From: an uncultured Collinsella sp.
GTDB taxonomy: Bacteria > Actinomycetota > Coriobacteriia > Coriobacteriales > Coriobacteriaceae
NCBI GenBank assembly: GCA_902478365.1
Contig: CABSKX010000001.1
Location: forward strand, 21,342-85,341
Reading direction: 5' to 3'
DNA length: 64,000 bases
In this document: in pieces, positions 52,152 through 60,032 of the stretch
Numbering within the stretch: position 1 is the first letter of the stretch
Layout of the letters: each line of letters opens with the position of its first letter
Position numbers and translations under genes: made by a program
The notes under the pieces: generated by a model
The model's input: the letters and a program-made list of their open reading frames with translations, nothing else
Database searches by the model: none
What the model was told of the DNA's origin: nothing

Positions 52152-52176
52152 CGCCGGTGGCGCCCCTTCTTTTGCT

Positions 52177-52273
52177 TATAATCTCAAATCTCTGCATTTC
52201 ATTTGATTTTAAGTTCTATAAATTCTGCGTTTCATCGATAATCAAGCGTATAAAACTTTGCATTTCATTCGAT
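52177..52273 (+). promoter_or_regulatory. perfect TATAAT box followed by three direct repeats CTGCRTTTCATYNGAT at exact 33-bp phasing
   Basis: TATAAT is at 52177-52182. The repeats start at 52192, 52225 and 52258, and the last ends 20 bp before the ATG at 52293. Confidence 0.5.
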
Positions 52274-52292
52274 GACGCTGAGGGGAGAGCCT

Positions 52293-53654
52293 ATGCTGCG
52301 CAGGAAAATAGCGGCAGAGCTGGAGCGTTGGCTGAAGTCTGCCGAGCAAAAGGCCTTATTCATTACGGGTTCTCGCCAGATTGGCAAAAGCTATTCGATT
52401 CGCGCATTTGGCAAAGCCAACCATGCAACCTACATCGAGCTTAACCTCATGGAAAATCGCCAGGCAAAAGATGCTCTTCTCGAGGCGCGGGATGCCGATG
52501 ATTTCATCAGCAGGGTGACGCTTCTTTCGGGAAAGTCGATTGCACCAGGCAAAACGCTCGTGTTTATCGATGAGGTCCAAGAGGCCCCCGACATCATGAC
52601 GATGGCAAAGTTCCTTGTTGAGGACGGGAGGTGCCGTTGGGCGTTTTCGGGGTCAATGCTCGGGACCCAGCTCAAGGGCGTCAGGTCCTATCCCGTGGGG
52701 TATGTCCACGAGCTTAGGATGTTCCCGCTCGATTTTGAGGAGTTTTGCTGGGCAATCGGGGTGAGCGAGGGGGCTCGTCAAACGATACGTGACGCGTGTA
52801 TCAGCGAGAGGCCCATTCCTGATTACATTCATGACGCGATGATGGCAAACTTCAGGACCTATACCGTTGTCGGCGGAATGCCGGAGGTTGTGCAGCGTTT
52901 CCTTGACACGCAGGGCGACCTTGCCTCTGTTCGTCGGCTACAGTCAGAGCTCAACGAACAGTACCGGCGGGATATCTCCAAGTATGCAAACGGGCGAGCC
53001 CTGCAGGTGCAGAGCATCTACGATCAGCTCCCTATTATGCTCGAGGGCGAAAACAAGCGCTTCGTGCTCAATTCCATTGACCCCAAGGCTTACTACGAGA
53101 AGTATCAGCGAGATTTTGTATGGCTTGTCGATGCCGGCGTTGCTCTCAAAGCCGATATCGTAACCGAGCCAAAATCGCCCCTGCTCAAGACGGCGCGGCC
53201 ATCGCAGTTCAAGCTATATCAATCGGATACGGGCATGTTGATGGCGCGCTACCCCGTTGGAGTCGCCCAAGCGGCGTATCTTGATAGCAAGGAGCCCAAT
53301 CTGGGCGGCATTTACGAAAACGTGGTGGCCCAGCAGCTGGCTGCCCAAAATCGCCAGCTTTACTACTATCAGACAAAAAAGCGCGGTGAAGTGGACTTTG
53401 CGGTCGATGGACCGGATGGGACGGCTGTTCCGATCGAGGTTAAATCGGGCTCCTATTACCACGCGCACGCTGCGCTCGGTCATGTGCTTGATACGGCTGA
53501 ATATGGCGTAAGGCTCGGGATTGTTTTCTCGAGAGGCAACGTTGAGCGCAACGGAGCGGTTCTCTATTTGCCTCTATATGCGACCTGGGCCCTTTCGGAT
53601 GTTTTGGGCGACTCCTGTGCCAAGGGGATTAAGCTGGAGGTCAAGCCGGTCTAG
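52293..53654 (+). CDS. AAA-family ATP-binding protein with C-terminal DUF4143-like domain
   Basis: Walker A is ITGSRQIGKSY and Walker B is LVFIDEVQ. The architecture and length match the widespread AAA_14/DUF4143 proteins. RBS is GAGGGGAG. Confidence 0.75.
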   Translation: MLRRKIAAELERWLKSAEQKALFITGSRQIGKSYSIRAFGKANHATYIELNLMENRQAKDALLEARDADDFISRVTLLSGKSIAPGKTLVFIDEVQEAPDIMTMAKFLVEDGRCRWAFSGSMLGTQLKGVRSYPVGYVHELRMFPLDFEEFCWAIGVSEGARQTIRDACISERPIPDYIHDAMMANFRTYTVVGGMPEVVQRFLDTQGDLASVRRLQSELNEQYRRDISKYANGRALQVQSIYDQLPIMLEGENKRFVLNSIDPKAYYEKYQRDFVWLVDAGVALKADIVTEPKSPLLKTARPSQFKLYQSDTGMLMARYPVGVAQAAYLDSKEPNLGGIYENVVAQQLAAQNRQLYYYQTKKRGEVDFAVDGPDGTAVPIEVKSGSYYHAHAALGHVLDTAEYGVRLGIVFSRGNVERNGAVLYLPLYATWALSDVLGDSCAKGIKLEVKPV

Positions 53655-53779
53655 GGCCAGTCCCTTTGTCACATTCATGAGTGTGGGTTTTCTCCCGTAT
53701 AGAGCGCACTTGAACGCTCAAAGTGGGAGAAAATCTACGCTCGATTTATGCCGTGGGCGCGGTTCGTGCGCCCACGAAC

Positions 53780-54229
53780 CTACAGCTGCTCGAGCATAGC
53801 GGTGCAACCGGCGAGCACATCGCGGTAGGTGGCATCGAAATTGCCGGTGTACCAGGGGTCGGCCACGTCGCCGGGACACTCGGTCCAATCGAGCAAGCGC
53901 GTAATCTTTCCGTCGGGGCCTGCGTCGCCAAAGATGCGACGCAGGCCCCGCGCGTTCTCAGCATCCATATAGACAATGTGATCCCAGTCGCCATACTCCG
54001 CGCGACGCACCTGGCGGGCACGGTGCGCAACGACGGGAATCCCGACTTCGCGCAGCTTGGCGACCGTGCCATGATGCGGCGGGTTGCCGATCTCCTCAGT
54101 TGAGGTCGCAGCGGAGTCAATGACAAACTCGCCCGCGCGCCCGGCGCGCCGCACCAGCTCGGTAAACACGGACTCAGCCATCGTCGAGCGACAGATATTT
54201 CCATAGCAGATAAAAAGAATGCGTTGCAT
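53780..54229 (-). CDS. low-molecular-weight protein-tyrosine phosphatase
   Basis: P-loop is ILFICYGNICRSTMAE, and the DPWY Asp loop lies near the C-terminus. Confidence 0.85.
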   Translation of the reverse strand: MQRILFICYGNICRSTMAESVFTELVRRAGRAGEFVIDSAATSTEEIGNPPHHGTVAKLREVGIPVVAHRARQVRRAEYGDWDHIVYMDAENARGLRRIFGDAGPDGKITRLLDWTECPGDVADPWYTGNFDATYRDVLAGCTAMLEQL

Positions 54230-54262
54230 GAGCGGCTTCCTTTCTAGGCGGTCGCGCAGGGC

Positions 54263-55633
54263 TTACAGACTGCTCTTGAGGCAGTTTGCTCCAATAAAGC
54301 CCGCTGCGTACAAGGGGAGGTGGCGCAGCTCGCGCCCGTCATCGGTTTCGCTGCGGGAAAAATTGTTCTCGGACAAAATGTAGGCATATGGCGATCGGGC
54401 TTTGTCCATAAACGACCCGAGGGTTCTCGCGCGCACGTTACGTGCGGACTTTACTTCGACGGGCACAATTTCCATACGGTCGGTCTGAAGTAAAAAATCG
54501 AGCTCGCCGGTCGTCTTCCAAGACGACGGCGGCACCCAGTAATACGTCTGCAAGCTATTGCCCGAAAATGCTTGCATGACCGAGTTTTCCGCCAGGGCGC
54601 CTCGGAAGTCGGAAGATAGCGCTATGGCGGAATCCTCTTTGAGGTCGAGCCAGAGCCGCGGGTTGATGCCGAGTTTGTAGAACATGAGGCCGGTATCGAG
54701 AAGATAGACCTTAAAGAAACTTCCATCTTCGTCGTCGAAGGGAACGAGGGGAGGCTCGATGCCTTCGGTCAGGTTGTTGACCGATATGATGCCGGCGCCT
54801 TCGAGCCAGTCGAGCGGCTCGATAAGCTTGGCGCGACGGCCTCCGCGTTCGACCTCGGAGTACTTGAATTTTTTTGTGGACGATCTCAGCAGCTGGGACG
54901 GAATGGAGCGCCAGACCTTGCGCGCCGCCACGCCGCTGATCCCGTTTTCGGGGTCGGTCATATCGGCGGTATAGGTCTCGTCGATTTCGCGCTGCTCGAC
55001 GCGCGCATCCTCGATGGATAACGTCTTGCGATATGCGTTGACGGCGGCGGGCATGCCGCCCACGATCTGGTATCGATGAAACAGGCTGAGCGCGGCTTGG
55101 TGCGCGGCGTAGGTCTCGAGCGTGCCGGCGTGGGTACGAATGGCATTGGCCATCTGCTCCTCGTCGAGCGCCCAGAGAAACTCCTCGAACGACATAGGAT
55201 GCATGGTCTCTTGACGAACGCCGCTGGGAAAAGGCAACTTGCGCTTGCGCGTGGCGACGCCGAGCTGACTGCCGGTCGCGCATATGCGCCAGCCCGAACC
55301 CGAAAAAAAGCGAAGCGAGTTGAGCGCCCGTTCGCAGAGCTGCACCTCGTCAAACAGGATGAAGGCGGTTTCTTTGCGAATGGGGGTGCGTTTATAGTCT
55401 GAGATTCGCGCCACGATGGCGTTAACGTCGTCGGTGGGACAGTCGAACAGCGGAGCGATCAGCTCAAGATCGGTCTGAAAGTCGAGTTTGACAAACGCAT
55501 CGCCGGCGATTCGTCTGCCGATTTCCTCGGCAACGTACGTTTTGCCTACGCGTCGCGCACCACGGATGAGGAGGGGGCGCGACGCGTCCTTTGTCGCCCA
55601 TGATTCGATAACGGATTCGATTGATCTGCGCAT
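54263..55633 (-). CDS. AAA-family ATP-binding protein with C-terminal DUF4143-like domain (paralogue of 52293-53654)
   Basis: Walker A is IRGARRVGKTY and Walker B is FILFDEVQ. The length and layout match the other copy. Confidence 0.75.
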   Translation of the reverse strand: MRRSIESVIESWATKDASRPLLIRGARRVGKTYVAEEIGRRIAGDAFVKLDFQTDLELIAPLFDCPTDDVNAIVARISDYKRTPIRKETAFILFDEVQLCERALNSLRFFSGSGWRICATGSQLGVATRKRKLPFPSGVRQETMHPMSFEEFLWALDEEQMANAIRTHAGTLETYAAHQAALSLFHRYQIVGGMPAAVNAYRKTLSIEDARVEQREIDETYTADMTDPENGISGVAARKVWRSIPSQLLRSSTKKFKYSEVERGGRRAKLIEPLDWLEGAGIISVNNLTEGIEPPLVPFDDEDGSFFKVYLLDTGLMFYKLGINPRLWLDLKEDSAIALSSDFRGALAENSVMQAFSGNSLQTYYWVPPSSWKTTGELDFLLQTDRMEIVPVEVKSARNVRARTLGSFMDKARSPYAYILSENNFSRSETDDGRELRHLPLYAAGFIGANCLKSSL

Positions 55634-55647
55634 GGGGCCGCCTTTCC

Positions 55648-55742
55648 AATTTCGTGTACTTCAGATACATAGTTTAGTACGATTTCATGTACTTGGAATA
55701 CACGAAATAGTAGAAAAGTGTGTATCTGAAGTACACGAAATT
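55648..55742. promoter_or_regulatory. nested palindromic operator-like region upstream of the second AAA/DUF4143 gene
   Basis: AATTTCGTGTACTTCAGATACA (55648-55669) has an exact inverted partner at 55721-55742. Between them is ATTTCATGTACTTGGAATACACGAAAT. In total there are four ATTTCRTGTAC-type half-sites. Confidence 0.5.
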
Positions 55743-55828
55743 GCACTGCTGGAGCTTGCAGGCGGATAAACACTACTCGTATGGGACGGTTTTCACCGGT
55801 TGCTCGCCACCTTGGGCTATGTTCGCCC

Positions 55829-57091
55829 CTATGCCTGCATCCGGGGCTGTGCAGATTGACGACGGCGCTCCCAGCGAGCCAACTTAATCGTCACCAGCGT
55901 GAGCGCCCAGGCCACAAGCGAGAACGCGGCGCCCACTGCACCCACGTACGCAATGCCAATGCTGCTTACCACGGCGCCGCCCACTGCGGTGCCAAACGAG
56001 ATGCCGACGTTAAACGCCATGGGCTCAACCGAACTTGCGAGTACCATCGACTTGGGATGGCGGCTGCGTGCCACGTCCATAAAGTGCGTGATGCATGAGA
56101 CCGAGAACAGGTACATGAGCATCGCCAGGCTAAAGACAAAGACCAGCGCGAGCGGCATGGCGGCGCCCACGGCAAACAGCCCGAGCAGTGCCGCCGCCTG
56201 CAGCACAAACGTAACCAGCAGCGCCTTCATGCCAAAACGCGCATCGATCCATCCGCCCAGGATGTTCGAGATCAGGCAGAACACGCCATAGGCCATAAGT
56301 GTGGTGCTCGCCTGAACGGTATCCATGCCCAGCATCTGCTCCAGATAAGGCGTCACGTAGCCGTAGAATACGTAGACCGAGCCCACGCCAAACAAGAAGA
56401 TGAGCATGCCGGTGATGATACTCGGCTCGCGTAGTAGCCCCGCCTGCTCGCGGAAGGTGGCGGGCTCATCGGTCTGCCCGGCGCGAGGCATAAACGCCAC
56501 GAGCGCGCTACAGATCAAAACGGCAAAGGTCAGCGTGCCGTACATGGCCACGTGCCAATCGAGTGTGTCGGCCACAAACTTGCCAATCGAGGTCACAAAG
56601 ACCATCGCCACGGAAAACGCGCCGTACACGACCGAGATGGCAAGTGAGGTTTGCTGCGGGGATAGCAGCTCAGGGATGTACGTCACGCCCACGGCGAGCA
56701 GCGCACCCGAGACAGAGCCCAGGACAATGCGTGAGATAAACAGCACCTGGAAGTTGGGAGCCAACGCCATGACCAGGTTGCCGAGCACAAAGACGACGCT
56801 ATAGCACACGAGCAGCTGGTAGCGGCGAAAACGCCCCGTGCTGAGCGCAAGCACCGGCGTGGCGATAGCGTAGACGAGCGCAAACACGCTGATGAGCTGG
56901 CCCGCAGTGGCAAGTGATATGCCGAGTTCCGTTGCCAAGTCGCTTTCGATGCCGATGACCACGAACTCGGAGCAGCCGAGCGAGAATCCCAACAGCACGA
57001 GCAGCGCCAGGCAGAGCTTGGTGCGCGCGGGGGAGAGCGCGGCGGCGGTTGGCTTACTTTTAGGCGTGGTTGCGGCGGTCAAGGTTGTCAC
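55829..57091 (-). CDS. MFS transporter (DHA1-like)
   Basis: Sequence LGCSEFVVIGIESDLATELGISLATAGQLISVFALVYAIATPVL with 12 TM helices. The start is GTG 57091 or TTG 57082, after GGAG. The 140 upstream codons in the ORF track are Pro/Arg-rich and not credible. Confidence 0.75.
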   Translation of the reverse strand: MTTLTAATTPKSKPTAAALSPARTKLCLALLVLLGFSLGCSEFVVIGIESDLATELGISLATAGQLISVFALVYAIATPVLALSTGRFRRYQLLVCYSVVFVLGNLVMALAPNFQVLFISRIVLGSVSGALLAVGVTYIPELLSPQQTSLAISVVYGAFSVAMVFVTSIGKFVADTLDWHVAMYGTLTFAVLICSALVAFMPRAGQTDEPATFREQAGLLREPSIITGMLIFLFGVGSVYVFYGYVTPYLEQMLGMDTVQASTTLMAYGVFCLISNILGGWIDARFGMKALLVTFVLQAAALLGLFAVGAAMPLALVFVFSLAMLMYLFSVSCITHFMDVARSRHPKSMVLASSVEPMAFNVGISFGTAVGGAVVSSIGIAYVGAVGAAFSLVAWALTLVTIKLARWERRRQSAQPRMQA

Positions 57092-57138
57092 TCCAATGTC
57101 GCATGAATAAGCGGGATTCAATCCCTGCAACTCTAACA

Positions 57139-57172
57139 GAATGTGACAAAGGGGCAGTCCCTTTGTCACATG
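57139..57172. repeat. palindrome of the GACAAAGGG family, in the divergent promoter region
   Basis: Sequence gaatgtgacaaaggggcagtccctttgtcacatgg. Confidence 0.9.
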
Positions 57173-57243
57173 GAGGGCTTGCCTGTATAGTCGCAATACA
57201 GGCGAAGATGGTCTCAGGTACATCGCGGGCGGCAGGAGATCCC

Positions 57244-58191
57244 ATGGGTATGCACACGACAAAGGTTGCAGTGGGCGAGGGCAAGTTTGCGCTCGAGGCC
57301 CAGCTGACGGTGACGCCGCGAGGCATGGCGGTGTACGCCTGCTCGCCGGAGTTTGCGCACCTGGGCGCCACGGCGCAGGCCATTCCGCGCCCCGAGCCCG
57401 GCCGTACGGCAACGGTGAGCATCCTGGCCGTTCCGTGCCATCGAGACGAGATCCCGGCGCACGATATCGCGGCGGCGCTGGCCACGCGCTTTGGCGTGCC
57501 GGTAGTTGCAAGCACGGGTTTTCATGTTGAACAAGCGAGCGGTGACGACCTGCAGCGCGTGCTCGACACCACCAAGGAGCTCATCGCCGCGCTCGAGGAA
57601 GCCGCAGCCCGCATTCTGCGCGCCGGCTGGGATGAGGGCGGTGCGGGCGCCGAGGTCGTGGCGGTCGATGCTGCGACCGGCGAGGCGCTTGGCCCCGTCG
57701 ACCGCATCGAGGCCCATGCTGGTGAGGGCATCCTGCATCAGGCATTTCTGACGCTTTTGGTCGAGGGCCGGGGCGAAGACGCGCGCCTGCTGCTCTGTCG
57801 CCGCAGTCCGCTCAAGCGCCTGTGGGGCGGGGTGCTGGCCGATAGCTGCGCCGGCCATCCGCTCCCCGGGGAAGACGTCGCGGCCGCCACGGCGCGCCGC
57901 ATCAACGAAGAGCTCGGCATTACGCGCGAGCCCGATCAGCTCAAGCACCTCGGACACGTGGTGTACCGCGAGGACCACGGCGACAGTCGCTGCGAGTGCG
58001 AATGGTGCGAGGTCTACCTTGCCCATGTTGAGCCGGGCGAGCTGCATATCAACCAAGAGGAGATCTCGGAAGTGCGTCGCGTGGCTCCGTCCGAGCTCAA
58101 AGGCTACCTGCAGGGTCACCCCGAGCAGCTGGCCCCCTGGCTCCGCGAGGCCCTCGGCGACCCATTCATCCGCACGGCCCTCGCTATGTAA
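57244..58191 (+). CDS. fusion protein: LpdD-like prenylated-flavin chaperone domain + type-1 IDI / Nudix domain
   Basis: The ATG at 57244 follows AGGAG. N-terminal motifs are EFAHLGA, VPCHRDEIPAHD and TGFHVEQAS. C-terminal motifs are ILHQAF, RLWGGVLADSCAGHP, the Nudix box G-HPLPG-E-DVAAATA-RRINEELGI, and ECEWCE. Confidence 0.7.
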   Translation: MGMHTTKVAVGEGKFALEAQLTVTPRGMAVYACSPEFAHLGATAQAIPRPEPGRTATVSILAVPCHRDEIPAHDIAAALATRFGVPVVASTGFHVEQASGDDLQRVLDTTKELIAALEEAAARILRAGWDEGGAGAEVVAVDAATGEALGPVDRIEAHAGEGILHQAFLTLLVEGRGEDARLLLCRRSPLKRLWGGVLADSCAGHPLPGEDVAAATARRINEELGITREPDQLKHLGHVVYREDHGDSRCECEWCEVYLAHVEPGELHINQEEISEVRRVAPSELKGYLQGHPEQLAPWLREALGDPFIRTALAM

Positions 58192-58432
58192 AAAAGACAG
58201 TCCCTTTGCCACATCCAAACCGTCACAACATTCGGCGAAAATCTCGAAAACGAGGAAAAGCGTCGAATGTTGTGACGGTTTTTGTCTAGGGAATCGCTTC
58301 TCATCCAAAAAATCCGCTTGACTGTATTGCCGCAACACAGCGCAACGTAAGGGGTGTCCGATAACGGGCGCCCCTTTTTAAGCGGCAACATGGCTGCGAA
58401 TTCGGAGCGCCCCCAACAAGAAAGGTGGGGAG

Positions 58433-59890
58433 ATGGAAGCGGAAAAGAAGGCGTTTAAGATCACCAAGCGCGAAATTGGCTTTGTGCTGGGTATCGTTGT
58501 CTTTTTGCTGGTGAAGTTTCTTCCTTTGGCGGAGCTGAGCTCGACGGTCGAGCTCACGGTCGGCGGTCAGACCTGTCTGGCACTGACGCTCGCCACGGTG
58601 GTGTTCTGGGCATGCGGCGTGGCACAGCCGGGCTTTGTGGGCCTGCTCTACTGCGCACTGCTCGTCCTGTTCAAGGTGTGCGTGGACGACACGGGCGCCG
58701 CGAGCATCTCGGCGACGGTCGCCTCCACGTTTAGCTCGTGGACCAAGGCCACCATGTGGCTCGTCATCGGCGCCTACCTCATCGCCAGCGCGGTCAAGGA
58801 GTCGGGCCTGGGCGAGCGCATCGCCTACGCGTTCATGCTCAAGTTCGTGCGCGACGCCAAGTCGCTCATCATCTCGATCTTCGCGCTCACCTTTGTGCTG
58901 TCGCTGCTGATCCCGCATCCGTTCCCCCGCGCCTTCCTCATCCTCGCCGTCGTCTCGGTCATCGCCGAGTCCGCCGGCTACGGTGACGACGACAAGGGCA
59001 AGCTCGGCTTCCTCGTGTTTGCCGCTGCCGCCCCGGGTTCCATGTTCTTCCTGACGGGCGACTCCACGCTTAACCCGCTCGTTGCGCAGTACAGTGCCGA
59101 GGCCGGCGGCATGAGCCCGTCCTTCGTCGACTGGTTCCTGTACATGAGCGTGCCTATGCTGGTTGCGCTGCTGTGCACCCTGTTCCTGGGCCTTTTCCTC
59201 TTTAAGCCCAGCAAGGAGCTCGTCTACGATCGCGAGCAGATCGTGGCCAAGCAGGCCGCGCTCGGCAAGCTCTCCGTCAAGGAGATCCGCACCATCGTGT
59301 GGCTTGTCATCGCCATCGCGCTGTGGCTCACCGTCTCGGGCGACTATATCGGCTGGGTCACCCTGGCCATTGGCGTTGCTCTCGCCATGCCCATCATCGG
59401 CGAAGTCCTCACTCCCGCCAGCTGGAACGCTGTCGACATCAAGTCCCTCATGTTCCTGACGGCCGCCATGGCCGTGGGCTCCGTGGGCGGTGCCACCGGC
59501 ATGAACGCCTGGATCGCCGACGTCGTGCTCCCCAGCTCCGTGCCTGAGAACATCTTCCTGTTCGCCCTGCTCGTCGCCGCGCTTTCCATGATCATCCACA
59601 TGTTCATGGGCTCGGTCATGGCCGTGCTCGGCGTGTGCGTGCCGGCATTTATCAGCTTTGCCGCCGGCTCCAGCGTGAGCCCACTCGCCGTGGCGCTCAT
59701 CGTCTTCACGTCCATCAACATCCACTACATCCTGCCGTTCCATAACCTGCCGATCCTTATCGGCGAAGGCAAGGCCGCCGGCGGCTACACCTCCAAAGAG
59801 GCTATGCGCATGGGCATCCCCCTCACCGCGGTCGTCTTTGTCGTCGTGCTGGTCGAGGCCGCCTGGTTCCACCTCTTTGGCCTGATGTAA
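58433..59890 (+). CDS. anion permease of the DASS/SLC13-ArsB/NhaD superfamily
   Basis: About 12-14 TM segments with a two-fold internal repeat. RBS is AAAGGTGGGGAG. Confidence 0.7.
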   Translation: MEAEKKAFKITKREIGFVLGIVVFLLVKFLPLAELSSTVELTVGGQTCLALTLATVVFWACGVAQPGFVGLLYCALLVLFKVCVDDTGAASISATVASTFSSWTKATMWLVIGAYLIASAVKESGLGERIAYAFMLKFVRDAKSLIISIFALTFVLSLLIPHPFPRAFLILAVVSVIAESAGYGDDDKGKLGFLVFAAAAPGSMFFLTGDSTLNPLVAQYSAEAGGMSPSFVDWFLYMSVPMLVALLCTLFLGLFLFKPSKELVYDREQIVAKQAALGKLSVKEIRTIVWLVIAIALWLTVSGDYIGWVTLAIGVALAMPIIGEVLTPASWNAVDIKSLMFLTAAMAVGSVGGATGMNAWIADVVLPSSVPENIFLFALLVAALSMIIHMFMGSVMAVLGVCVPAFISFAAGSSVSPLAVALIVFTSINIHYILPFHNLPILIGEGKAAGGYTSKEAMRMGIPLTAVVFVVVLVEAAWFHLFGLM

Positions 59891-60032
59891 GCGGTCGAGC
59901 GCCCCGGCTGTAAGCAGCCAAGCGCTTGAACTTCGAGTGGTCGAGCGCTCCATTTGTGAGCGCCGCGGCCCCATTACGTTACCCCGTCCGGCGGCACCCC
60001 GTCGCCGGACACTCTCCCGAAAGGAGTACGCC

